A DNA stretch of 64,000 bases from NCBI GenBank assembly GCA_965204375.1, contig OZ241986.1, positions 1,888,001 through 1,952,000 on the forward strand. The letters are read 5' to 3'. Shown one piece after another: positions 43,307 through 52,366 of this stretch (positions are counted from its first letter, which is position 1; the number at the start of each line of letters is the position of its first letter). The position numbers and the translations under genes were made by a program. The notes below the pieces were generated by a model, which was not told where the DNA came from, ran no database searches, and worked only from the letters and a program-made list of their open reading frames with translations. This stretch comes from Candidatus Latescibacterota bacterium (lineage in GTDB: Bacteria; Latescibacterota; UBA2968).

Positions 43307-46300
43307 CTAAGCCTCTAAGAGAGATTTAACCCACTTGTCAATGGAAATCCCGTTCTCCCATAGTTTTGTAGAGACCCCATAACGAAGCAGTTTCTCATTG
43401 TGCAAGCGTACGGGATTACTACTGGCAAGTTTGTCCACCCCCTCATACACCTTAAAAATATCATTGCCTATATTGGTAACAATTTTTGCGGACTGTTTGA
43501 CTTCAGCCAATTCCCATGATTCTGGTATCTCTTGCCCTCGCAGGTCAATAACGCATAGTACGAAACGATCTGAGTCATCCGAGGCAGTCCGAGCTTGAAG
43601 CGGGGTAAGTCGAACATCGCCGGTTGTAGTAGTTTTTACTTCCAGAAAATAGCTCCCGACCTTAAAACTGAATAACTCATCATCCAAACTGCTATCCGCC
43701 TGGCCTGGTAATACTTCGTAGTCATAACCTCTATCTACAAGTTGGAGATCAAGATCGTGTAATTGGATAACTTCAGCCAACATTGCTTGCACAGCAAGGC
43801 CAAAACTACGATTGTGTTCGCGTATTTCTGCTTGGCGATTTCGTTTTTTAAGTTCCTCGCTAATTTCCTGAATCTCGTCAGGTTCTGCCTCTGATAAAAG
43901 TCTTACTACTTCCGGATTTTCGACCGCAGCCTTTACCACATCCAAATTTGTAACGGCGGATTTAGCCAAAGTTGGATCCTGAAGTAATTTCACCAAATTG
44001 CTCTCAATCTCGGGATCCAAGTTTTCAGTCATGAGGGTGAGTTGCTTGAACCCAAAAACACGATGTAGTAAGTCTATTCCGTAGGGATTGTTCTGCAACC
44101 AAGATGGATTGAGAAGTCCCCGTAAATTAGCTTCATTGGCCGGTACTGGTGCAAAACCTTTTTCCTCCGATTCCTCCGAACGTTGAACGGGCACCCACGC
44201 TCGCACTTTAAGTTCAAAAGGCCAAGTAGCTCCACGAAGCTTCAATGACACTGACTCACCTGAACGATTGCCACTAACTTCCTTAATTCTTCGCCAGCTT
44301 TGATCCTCTCTTGCGGCTACATTAAGAACAAAATCCAGCAACCGCTTTGCAAGCTCTGTATCCTGCCCACAACGATTCACTATATCAGTCGAGAGAAACG
44401 CAATCTGTCCAAAATTTTCATTCCTGACTGTTACCTCCTCATCCTCTTGGCTATCAAGGGCCATCGCCTTTAGCAAGTTTAGATTTTCGTTTCTATCAAG
44501 GGACCTGGTCGCCTTATATAAAGGTCCTCCTATTACAAGACCGGCTGCAATAAGAGGAGTAAGCACGCCATTAAGATCCTTATCATTACAGTAATGATCA
44601 GAAAGCAAACGGTTCTTTGTGTAAAGATCAACATAAGGTTGTGCTGATTGAGGCCAATGCAAAACTGGAGACAGAATTTGTTGACTGCCCGTAAGCCGTA
44701 TTATCTTATTGGCTGCGGTCAACAAAGGACATTTGCGAAGTAGTGGGACATTATCATCCTTTCCAGCCAAGTATATTGCCAGACGCGCAGATGCACGTAG
44801 AGCAGGCAAATCGGTTTCCTCGCTGCCGTCCCGTAAGCACTTATCCAATTCGCAAAGTATATTATCTACTGCTTTTGTTTCGGTGTAAGACTCGCCAAGT
44901 TTTTTAAAAATAAAACCCTTTGCAGATTCGTAACCAGGTTCGTTTAAAGCTTCAACAACGTTTTTGTGCAAAAGTTTGGAACGGAGGTCTATTCCTATAT
45001 CATTGGCAATATCCTTAATCTTCTCCGGAATGTCTTCATCAATGCGAAGGTCACTCAGACGGCGCAATTGGGAATGCTGGTTTGGCACAAGGCCCGCAAC
45101 TAAGGGCTCTACATTAACACTCTTCGGAAGATCAGCAATCAAACGGAACAAATCGGCAAGCCACTTGAAAGAGCCTTCGCTAATGGGCAGGTCTGTAATA
45201 TCCTGACCCTTTTTCTTGACCCAATCTGTCAACTCTGTGAGACCGAATCGTGTGACTGGCAACCCCATCTCTTCCCATTGACGGGCTATCTCATCCCAAT
45301 CTTGAGCAAGTGTCTTGTCAGGTAAATAAAGGCCTGTGACTCGAGAGGCAAGTTGGTAGATGGCATTGTAATCAACCGCATTTTGCCCTTCCGAGTCGGT
45401 TGCTGGAACTAAAAATGTGACGTTTTTACCATCGTCTTGTAGGGCTGGCAATAAACCACCTTTAGTATCTATAATTGGTTTGGCAGCAGTTACTTTCCCG
45501 ATTTCCGAAATAACATTCTTCCACCATTCTAGTTCATCGCTTCCTTCACCGCCTAATGTGCGTTTGGGAATGGCGAGGTGAGCAAGTTTATGGGCATCAC
45601 GCCACCGTGATTTCACAGCGTCCTGGATAAGTGTAGGAAACGCCTCCATTGCGGTAGAGATCAAGTCACGGTCATTCGGAGTCATCGCAATAACTTCGCG
45701 CTCCTGTTTTGGATCAAAACTGCCATCCAGCACAACGTTGAAAGGCAAAAAGTCAGTTTCAACGATGGGGAACTTAACAAAAATTCTTGGAAAGTCATCC
45801 GCGGGCAATACCACCCTATACCGATTGCTATCACAATTCTCTAAAACGACGAGCAAAGCTGACTGGGCATTCTGGCTGCTTATGCGGAGTGCCGTAAGTT
45901 GTCGAGTAGTTTCATCTGGGGAAACCGTAACCTCAGTTAGCTTTAGTACAAAGCCATCTATCATTTTGTCAGTCGTATTTGCTGGCTTAAAAAATGTAGC
46001 CCCCTGTGGACGCACAATGCGAACTTGACCAAGTTTTTCACAGGTTACATAGAGATATGGAAGCACCTGTTCCAAACGGTCCAGTCCCCGTTGTGCAACT
46101 TCACAATCAGCATCAGAATAGGTAAACAACGCTGTAGGATTTTTAGCTATACATGGCTCTGGCAAAGACTGTGCCTTGCCAATTGCCTCATTAGCCTGTT
46201 CTATGTTCTCCGCAATTGCATCTTCGTCTCCATCACGGTTAAGTTCTATACGGAATCTTTCGTGGTCTTTCTCTATCTTGAGAACTCCATGCACATCGAC

Positions 46301-46663
46301 ATGCGTTGATAGCGCATGTGTTACCAGAAACCCCGTACCGAAGCGTCCCGTTGTCTCCTCATCGTCAAAATCTTTACTGGAACCTCCGGACAACAGCGCA
46401 GCTAATTCTTCGGTTGTGAAGGGCTTTCCCGTATGGGAAACGAGCAAATCATTGTCTTTGAAGATAAAACTAATTTTTACGCGTTTGTCACCGTCACGCG
46501 GTCCGGCGTCGTGGGCATTTTGAATAAGCTCAAACGGCCATCGGACACCTGCACTGGGCATATTCTGCGCCGCATCTACTTTGGTGCGGATAGTGCGTGC
46601 GTCATTTCGGTTTCGTTGATGCTTACTTGCCTCCTCGTATTCTGCACGGGCAGTTTCGCTCAT
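43307..46663 (-). CDS. Sacsin-like GHKL ATPase with C-terminal PD-(D/E)xK (DUF3883-like) nuclease domain
   Basis: 'FELIQNAHDA', 'HTGKPF', 'TGRFGTGF'; C-terminal 'GYDYEV...FLEVKTT...LTPLQ'. Confidence 0.75.
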   Translation of the reverse strand: MSETARAEYEEASKHQRNRNDARTIRTKVDAAQNMPSAGVRWPFELIQNAHDAGPRDGDKRVKISFIFKDNDLLVSHTGKPFTTEELAALLSGGSSKDFDDEETTGRFGTGFLVTHALSTHVDVHGVLKIEKDHERFRIELNRDGDEDAIAENIEQANEAIGKAQSLPEPCIAKNPTALFTYSDADCEVAQRGLDRLEQVLPYLYVTCEKLGQVRIVRPQGATFFKPANTTDKMIDGFVLKLTEVTVSPDETTRQLTALRISSQNAQSALLVVLENCDSNRYRVVLPADDFPRIFVKFPIVETDFLPFNVVLDGSFDPKQEREVIAMTPNDRDLISTAMEAFPTLIQDAVKSRWRDAHKLAHLAIPKRTLGGEGSDELEWWKNVISEIGKVTAAKPIIDTKGGLLPALQDDGKNVTFLVPATDSEGQNAVDYNAIYQLASRVTGLYLPDKTLAQDWDEIARQWEEMGLPVTRFGLTELTDWVKKKGQDITDLPISEGSFKWLADLFRLIADLPKSVNVEPLVAGLVPNQHSQLRRLSDLRIDEDIPEKIKDIANDIGIDLRSKLLHKNVVEALNEPGYESAKGFIFKKLGESYTETKAVDNILCELDKCLRDGSEETDLPALRASARLAIYLAGKDDNVPLLRKCPLLTAANKIIRLTGSQQILSPVLHWPQSAQPYVDLYTKNRLLSDHYCNDKDLNGVLTPLIAAGLVIGGPLYKATRSLDRNENLNLLKAMALDSQEDEEVTVRNENFGQIAFLSTDIVNRCGQDTELAKRLLDFVLNVAAREDQSWRRIKEVSGNRSGESVSLKLRGATWPFELKVRAWVPVQRSEESEEKGFAPVPANEANLRGLLNPSWLQNNPYGIDLLHRVFGFKQLTLMTENLDPEIESNLVKLLQDPTLAKSAVTNLDVVKAAVENPEVVRLLSEAEPDEIQEISEELKKRNRQAEIREHNRSFGLAVQAMLAEVIQLHDLDLQLVDRGYDYEVLPGQADSSLDDELFSFKVGSYFLEVKTTTTGDVRLTPLQARTASDDSDRFVLCVIDLRGQEIPESWELAEVKQSAKIVTNIGNDIFKVYEGVDKLASSNPVRLHNEKLLRYGVSTKLWENGISIDKWVKSLLEA

Positions 46664-46732
46664 TATAGCCTCCTAAAAATATCGTGAAAATTTTAAATAT
46701 CTAATCAATCGAATTTCTGCGAGATTCCATTG

Positions 46733-47035
46733 TCATTTCACCACCCCCTTCTGCCGACCACGGCGTAGGGTGCGTTTTTGATCTGCGGGGTTTGAGGGAT
46801 AGGCGGTGATGACACATCCGTTGCGTATCACGACCTTGCGATTTGCAAGGCGGCTCAACGTTTGTATCTCTCGCTTTCGAGTCTCGATCTCGCGGATGGC
46901 ATCCTGGTTGCACATAAGCCATGTCTCGTCGTCAATCTGCGTTCCGCACGCGAGAATAATTGGAATATCTGACTTGCGAATGCCTCGCTGTTGCATGCGT
47001 GTCCTGGCGTGTCGGCTATAAATGAGATTACTCAT
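46733..47035 (-). CDS. DUF4258-like small protein (putative RNase toxin)
   Basis: 'YSRHARTRMQQRGI...VITAY'; ATGA overlap with upstream gene. Confidence 0.7.
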   Translation of the reverse strand: MSNLIYSRHARTRMQQRGIRKSDIPIILACGTQIDDETWLMCNQDAIREIETRKREIQTLSRLANRKVVIRNGCVITAYPSNPADQKRTLRRGRQKGVVK

Positions 47036-48081
47036 TGGTCGTCTCCTCCTTTTTCAGTTTTGGACCTGGTTTTAGAAGCATTCTCAAACCACTCCCTTAT
47101 ATCGTCTCCTTTCGGCGACGTGGCTATAAACTTTGCGGCTAAGTTCTCTTGCTCCTTCTCAGGAATTTCCTTGAAGATGTCCAGCACCTTGTCTTCAAGC
47201 CACTTCGCACGATCCTCGCCTGCATCTTCTGCCATCAATTTCTCAGGGATATCTGAGAGCCGCGCACAACCAGTTTCAAGGCATACTTTGGCTATAGAGG
47301 ATCCGTTAGTAATATGGTCAATTTCTTCGCTACAGATGTCGTAGTGAGGAAACTTGAAATCTGATGCGATACTGAGAACGCCGCCATCTACATCAACGAC
47401 GCTGGGGATGGCGAGTTCATCTGCCAACTTTCGCAATTCATCTGCCAACTTTCGCAAATAGTGGGTAAATGGATTTTCTGTGGAGGGATCAAAGGGCGCA
47501 CCTATAAAATCATTATTCAGATATTTGCCGAACAGATCGGCCTTGTCGATGGAATCTGCTTCCGACCCGGCAACACCTCCGCACATGTGATCAACCATCT
47601 CATAAAAAGGAGGTAGGCTCAGCCAAGATACGTCAATTTGATACAAACGATCGTACGTTTCCTCTATCTCTTGCAATTTCTTGCGCCGCTGGGCGAGACT
47701 ACCCTCGGCCAGAAGCACAAAAAAGAGCGGTGCCATGTTGATGATCTCGGTGGCATTGACACCATATCGGCGTTTGATAAGGTCGTAGGCGAGTCGGGTC
47801 TTTGGTGCAATCTGCGCGCCGATCGGGACGCGATCAAGATTGTCGGTGAGCGTATCATCGGACTCGGGAAGTGGCAAATCGCCTGTGAGCACACCTGGTT
47901 CAACGCTGAGTGCTTTGGCCAGGCGGTTCAGCGTGTCCTCTCGGGTTTTTTGGGATCGATGAGGTTCTTGTTCCAAACGTTGGATTGTGCGTACGGTGAT
48001 GCCAGATCGTTTTTCAAGTTGTGGACGTGTAAATCCTTTCTTTTCGCGCACGGTGCGAAGGCGATCAGGATTGATTTTCAT
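47032..48081 (-). CDS. XRE-family HTH protein with large unknown C-terminal domain
   Basis: 'LRTVREKKGFTRPQLEKRSGITVRTIQRLE...LAKALSV'; AAGGAG RBS. Confidence 0.8.
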   Translation of the reverse strand: MKINPDRLRTVREKKGFTRPQLEKRSGITVRTIQRLEQEPHRSQKTREDTLNRLAKALSVEPGVLTGDLPLPESDDTLTDNLDRVPIGAQIAPKTRLAYDLIKRRYGVNATEIINMAPLFFVLLAEGSLAQRRKKLQEIEETYDRLYQIDVSWLSLPPFYEMVDHMCGGVAGSEADSIDKADLFGKYLNNDFIGAPFDPSTENPFTHYLRKLADELRKLADELAIPSVVDVDGGVLSIASDFKFPHYDICSEEIDHITNGSSIAKVCLETGCARLSDIPEKLMAEDAGEDRAKWLEDKVLDIFKEIPEKEQENLAAKFIATSPKGDDIREWFENASKTRSKTEKGGDDQ

Positions 48082-48367
48082 GGCAAAACTCCTTAGCTTG
48101 AGTTTTCATAATGAGACTGCTTAAATGCGATACACCAAAACATATCTTTTTTAGAAAAATTTTTCAACAGAAATAAAGAGAAAAATCCTGAATAAATTAT
48201 TTATATAAATGACATAAAGAACAAATATGTCCTTATCTTGTCTCAGGGAATATATTTAACGCCCCATTAAAGCGTGTCAAAGAAGACAAACGCGGACATT
48301 TTGATGTTTTGTATCCCTCGCCCGTTCCCCGCGGATGTGGCGTGGGTTTGACCAATGTCGCCAGTTA

Positions 48368-48404
48368 CAAAAAAATACCGCCCTCCCGATATTGGAAGAG
48401 CGGC
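48368..48404 (-). terminator. Intrinsic terminator
   Basis: gccgctcttcc-loop-gggagggcggt followed by A-T7 on minus strand. Confidence 0.7.
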
Positions 48405-48520
48405 ACTGAATGGGCCGGTGTGGTGGACCGACGCTTGTATTCTTCAAATCTCAAAACATCTCTTTTAATCCATGTGCTACGTCTATTGCGGCGAGTAATA
48501 GGATAGCCATAACCGCACGT

Positions 48521-48751
48521 TCAAGTTGATTCCACCAGTGCTTCTTTGGCTCTACGAGGCAATTCGACGAGGATAAAATAAGACGCTGGATATAAATAAT
48601 CTTCCCGCGATTCATCTACGACTCTCAAATATCCTTCTCGGGTCGCTTCTGCATCAGGCAAAATCTGGTAGATCTTTCGCATCTCCAGATCATCGCAATC
48701 CCTGTTCTCGATACACAGCGCGAATTGAGATTCTGATAGGTTCTTTTTCAT
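48521..48751 (-). CDS. Small acidic hypothetical protein (putative antitoxin/immunity)
   Basis: 'DLEMRKIYQIL...YLRVVDESREDYLYP'; 1 bp after partner gene. Confidence 0.7.
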   Translation of the reverse strand: MKKNLSESQFALCIENRDCDDLEMRKIYQILPDAEATREGYLRVVDESREDYLYPASYFILVELPRRAKEALVEST

Positions 48752-48752
48752 T

Positions 48753-48989
48753 TTACCACTCCAGGAATCGTTTGATCTTCATCTTTCTTCGGCCAATTCC
48801 ATGCGCCTCATACCAATGGATCTCTGCTCGGCGGATACTGCCATTGCTCAAGCGAATACGGGCAATACCTTTGCGTTTCAGCCACCGGCCAGCCCCATAT
48901 TGCCTGCGAAGCCGCATAATCTCACGGATTTGTCCGCCTACAGCAATCGTTTCAATAGGCTCAATCGCGCCTATAATTTCAAAGTGCAT
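48753..48989 (-). CDS. Small basic hypothetical protein (putative toxin)
   Basis: 'GRWLKRKG...RAEIHWYEAHGIG'; GGCGGAG RBS. Confidence 0.7.
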   Translation of the reverse strand: MHFEIIGAIEPIETIAVGGQIREIMRLRRQYGAGRWLKRKGIARIRLSNGSIRRAEIHWYEAHGIGRRKMKIKRFLEW

Positions 48990-49007
48990 TGAAAAACCAT
49001 CTCCGCC

Positions 49008-49775
49008 TCAAATCCGCTCCAACGCACGCGCCTCAACCCAGCCGCCGAGACCCGATCGCAAGCGCACCAGCAACCACCCACCTTCAACCCGTTCAATCTC
49101 GACCTTCGTGCCCTCGTGCAGTGCGAACACCTGTAAAAAATCGGAGCCAGGCCCGCTGCGGCCAATAGCCTCATCTACCAAAATGATAGCTTTGGGAATG
49201 CTGTGTTGATGCGCCTTAAACGCCAGCATAGCTGTACTGCTCAAAAGTCCGCCTGCAAAAACCACCAGCAACCCACCCCACAGCAAGCGCCGGACCGGCA
49301 CAAAAATCCAACACACCGCTACACCACCCATTAAAAAAACAAACACACAAACCATAACTGCCAGCGCATCGAGGGTAAAAAACGCAAAAATCGCTTGCAA
49401 AATCCGCGTCAAAATATTGACCTCATCTTCGCTTTCTCGATCTATCTTCAGGGCATTAGCAAACTGCAAATTCGTCAGAACATCCCGATCATCCGGCATC
49501 AAATTCAAAGCGCGTTCATAAGATAAAATCGCACGCCCGAGTTGCGCGTTTTTAAAATACGCATTGCCCAGATTATAATATACCTCGCCGTTGTTCAGCC
49601 CCTGTGCGATAACGCGCTCATAAGCCGAAATCGCCGCATCAAAATCCCCGGCGCGATAGTGTTCATTGCCCCGATTGTACAGCGCGACAAGAGCTTCTGA
49701 GGCCAATACCGCATCCACGCCAAGTATCGCAACTGCGACAACGGGGTATAACAACCGTACTATCACCGTCCTCAT
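49008..49775 (-). CDS. batE: BatE-like TPR + SH3 protein
   Basis: TPR 'YYNLGNAY', two TM segments, 'LHEGTKV...GWV' SH3. Confidence 0.85.
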   Translation of the reverse strand: MRTVIVRLLYPVVAVAILGVDAVLASEALVALYNRGNEHYRAGDFDAAISAYERVIAQGLNNGEVYYNLGNAYFKNAQLGRAILSYERALNLMPDDRDVLTNLQFANALKIDRESEDEVNILTRILQAIFAFFTLDALAVMVCVFVFLMGGVAVCWIFVPVRRLLWGGLLVVFAGGLLSSTAMLAFKAHQHSIPKAIILVDEAIGRSGPGSDFLQVFALHEGTKVEIERVEGGWLLVRLRSGLGGWVEARALERI

Positions 49776-49777
49776 GA

Positions 49778-51622
49778 CTAAATACACCGCTCCAGCGCAC
49801 CGATCAAATCTTCGGTCTGCGCGAACAAAGCCTGCATCTGTTCTGCCGAAATCTGCCCCGGCGCAAACCGCGCCTGATCGCATTGACCAAATACGTCTTG
49901 AACGCCTGCAATCACCTGTGCATCTACACCGCTTTCCGCCAGCACAGCACCAATCTGGTCCGCCGTTAAACCCGCCGCTGCGCGATTGGTTCGATCTGCG
50001 AAAAACTGTGCCAAAGACCTGTGAACTTCACCGTGAAAACCCGCGCTATCGCCCGCCTCCATTAACCCTTTAGCCTTGCCCAAACGCCGCTGTACTTCCG
50101 AGCGCGAACGCCTTCTGCGCGCATAAGCCACATCGCCTTCTAAACGCACGCGATGACGTCGATAAGCATAAGCACCGGCCACTCCCAAAACGGGAACCAG
50201 TTGCAAAAGCCAAAACCCACTGCGCTGATAAAGTAACAAGCCCTGATCGGCCAAATGCATCCGGTCAGGTTTGATATACCGGATATCGCTCCCCAATGCA
50301 CGCACTTCTTCACCTATCAACCCATCAACCGGCTGCGGCATCTGTTCACCCGGCGTCACATGCAAAGTAATCGGTTTGGTCTGCGCGGTTTTATACCGCT
50401 TCTGCACAGGATCAAAATAGGCCAGTGTAAAAGGCGGCAATATCACCTGCCCTATTTTATGTGGAATCGCCACATACTCAAAAGTTTTTTGTCCGCTTAT
50501 GCGCGTGCCACGCTTTCGCGTTTCCAAATTCGTCTTGGGATCATAAAACTTAAAACCCGACCGCTCCGGACGAACAGGCTCGTTAATCGCGTGCAAATTT
50601 CCCGCCCCCTGCACCACTATCTTCACCGCAACGGGATCACCGGCTTTCACCGTACCTGGAATCGCCTCAGCGCGCATCTCAAATTGCCCAACGGTGCCGC
50701 CAAACCCCTTCGGCGCACCAGCGGGCAACGGCTTCACCTCAATTTCAATATCGCCTGACCGCACCGTCACTTGCTGCGTATCAAATGTATTAAATGGATC
50801 AAAATCGAACAGACTGCGCGGCCGTCGCCCCGCAACAATTTCGCAATTCACCTCAAGTTGCTCCAGGGTGTGCTTACCTGCCGTTGTCGGAAATAGCACC
50901 AAACGCTTGAGCAACGCCGTATTAAACGCGCGCCCATCGACAACCTCCCGCTGCATATTCAAACGCTGGGCATCAAACACAGTCTCTGCCCAAAATCCGG
51001 TAAACGTCGGCACATGGCCGTATTGCACATTTCGCAAATCATAGCGCGTAAACAATTTATAGGTCACCCCCACCTGTTCCCCCACATAAACCGCTCGTTT
51101 TTCGGGAATCGTCTGCAAAAACAAATTTTGTTCAATCTCCTGAATCTCTGACTGTCCCATTGACCGTCCCGTTGATGGCGCAGGGCGCGTCTGAGGGCGA
51201 CCACTTCTTTTCACTACCTCAACGCGCACCTGATCAGACCGAATCGTCTTATCTTCATGGATCAACTGTGCCGGACCGAGCACATAAGTGCCAGCTCTCT
51301 GTGCGCGAAAAGAGAAATGATATGTCGTCGTGCGCTTTGTAGTCATCGTACCATTGACAATGTTGACGGACATCGACGTAGAAGACGTACTCCCCGTCAA
51401 TTGCAACCCGTCAGGCGTGGGAACCTGGGGTGCAGACACACTCCCCATCTGTGCGGCCTCCACCTCCACAGTGAACTGAATCAGATCGCCAACTTCGACC
51501 CGAGTGCGATTCACCGAAGCCTGCATAGACACATCCTGTGCATCAACCCCCTGTGCCCATAATAGAGCAAACAAAACACCGCACAAAAATATCCATCTCT
51601 CCCTACCACGCATTGCCGTCAT
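49778..51622 (-). CDS. batD: BatD family protein
   Basis: Signal peptide, 'SVNIVNG', 'VYVGEQV', 'FGGTVGQF', 'DIRYIK'. Confidence 0.88.
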   Translation of the reverse strand: MTAMRGRERWIFLCGVLFALLWAQGVDAQDVSMQASVNRTRVEVGDLIQFTVEVEAAQMGSVSAPQVPTPDGLQLTGSTSSTSMSVNIVNGTMTTKRTTTYHFSFRAQRAGTYVLGPAQLIHEDKTIRSDQVRVEVVKRSGRPQTRPAPSTGRSMGQSEIQEIEQNLFLQTIPEKRAVYVGEQVGVTYKLFTRYDLRNVQYGHVPTFTGFWAETVFDAQRLNMQREVVDGRAFNTALLKRLVLFPTTAGKHTLEQLEVNCEIVAGRRPRSLFDFDPFNTFDTQQVTVRSGDIEIEVKPLPAGAPKGFGGTVGQFEMRAEAIPGTVKAGDPVAVKIVVQGAGNLHAINEPVRPERSGFKFYDPKTNLETRKRGTRISGQKTFEYVAIPHKIGQVILPPFTLAYFDPVQKRYKTAQTKPITLHVTPGEQMPQPVDGLIGEEVRALGSDIRYIKPDRMHLADQGLLLYQRSGFWLLQLVPVLGVAGAYAYRRHRVRLEGDVAYARRRRSRSEVQRRLGKAKGLMEAGDSAGFHGEVHRSLAQFFADRTNRAAAGLTADQIGAVLAESGVDAQVIAGVQDVFGQCDQARFAPGQISAEQMQALFAQTEDLIGALERCI

Positions 51623-52349
51623 ATCTCCTGCCTCGCAACTTCAATTTGCGTCGCTTTTGGGATTCTTCCTCTCGCGCCTTCATCGCATTGAGAATCCGCG
51701 CCGCCTCCTCGGGCGTCATCTCTCTGGGATCGGGCTGTTCGCCCTGCTGTTGTTTTTGCTGATCCTGCTGATCTTGCTGATTCTGTTGATCCTGCTGATC
51801 TTGCTGATTCTGTTGATCCTGCTGATCCTGGTTATCCTGATTATCCTGATTATCCTGTTGATCTTGTTGATCCTGGTTATCCTGTTGATCTTGTTGATCC
51901 TGATTCTGATTTTTATCCTGCTGATTCTGATCCAGTTTTTCCAGTGCCAATTCTAAATTTATTTTGGCGTCTATATCATCCGAATTCAGTTCCAATGATT
52001 TTTTATAAGCCCCTACAGCTTCCTGGAACTTCTCTTGCCGAAACAGCGCATTGCCCAAATTGTAATGTGCCGCAGCAGACATATCCGGAGGAGTGCCTTC
52101 GGTGGCACGCCCCATCTCCTGCAAAGCCTCGGCATATTTCCCCTGCTTGTAGAGCGCATCGCCAGCATTAAAATGCAACTCCGGTCGCGTGCGCGCCTCT
52201 TGTTGCGCTTCCAAATACCGACGCAACGCCGCTTCGTACTCCCCCTTTTCAAATAGAGCATTGCCCTCTTCATTCTTTTTTGCCACGGGATCGAGAAATG
52301 TCCACCCCAAAAATGGCAACATCAGCAAGACATATAAAAATCGCTTCAT
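51603..52349 (-). CDS. batC: BatC-like TPR protein with Gln/Asp/Asn-rich linker
   Basis: TPRs, Q-rich tract, 'MTPEEAARIL...W' C-terminus. Confidence 0.85.
   Translation of the reverse strand: MKRFLYVLLMLPFLGWTFLDPVAKKNEEGNALFEKGEYEAALRRYLEAQQEARTRPELHFNAGDALYKQGKYAEALQEMGRATEGTPPDMSAAAHYNLGNALFRQEKFQEAVGAYKKSLELNSDDIDAKINLELALEKLDQNQQDKNQNQDQQDQQDNQDQQDQQDNQDNQDNQDQQDQQNQQDQQDQQNQQDQQDQQKQQQGEQPDPREMTPEEAARILNAMKAREEESQKRRKLKLRGRRYDGNAW
51748..51932 (-). repeat. Degenerate 9-bp tandem repeat (DQQ/DNQ/NQQ)n
   Basis: Repeated gatcctgct/gatcttgtt/tatcctgat units in batC. Confidence 0.85.
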
Positions 52350-52366
52350 AACCTCACGTCCATAGT

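Noticed and set aside
48313-48352. 'gttccccgcg' resembling a type I-E CRISPR repeat or an IS200/IS605 end
   Set aside because: Single partial copy; no spacers, cas genes or tnpA/tnpB
48405-48520. Possible tRNA fragment, att site or small peptide (MAILLLAAIDVAHGLKEMF) at the island edge
   Set aside because: No cloverleaf, no matching repeat at the other island edge, no clear RBS
51504-51956. Plus-strand ORF with a poly-Leu/Ile 'membrane' tract
   Set aside because: Antisense reading of the batC Q-rich repeat
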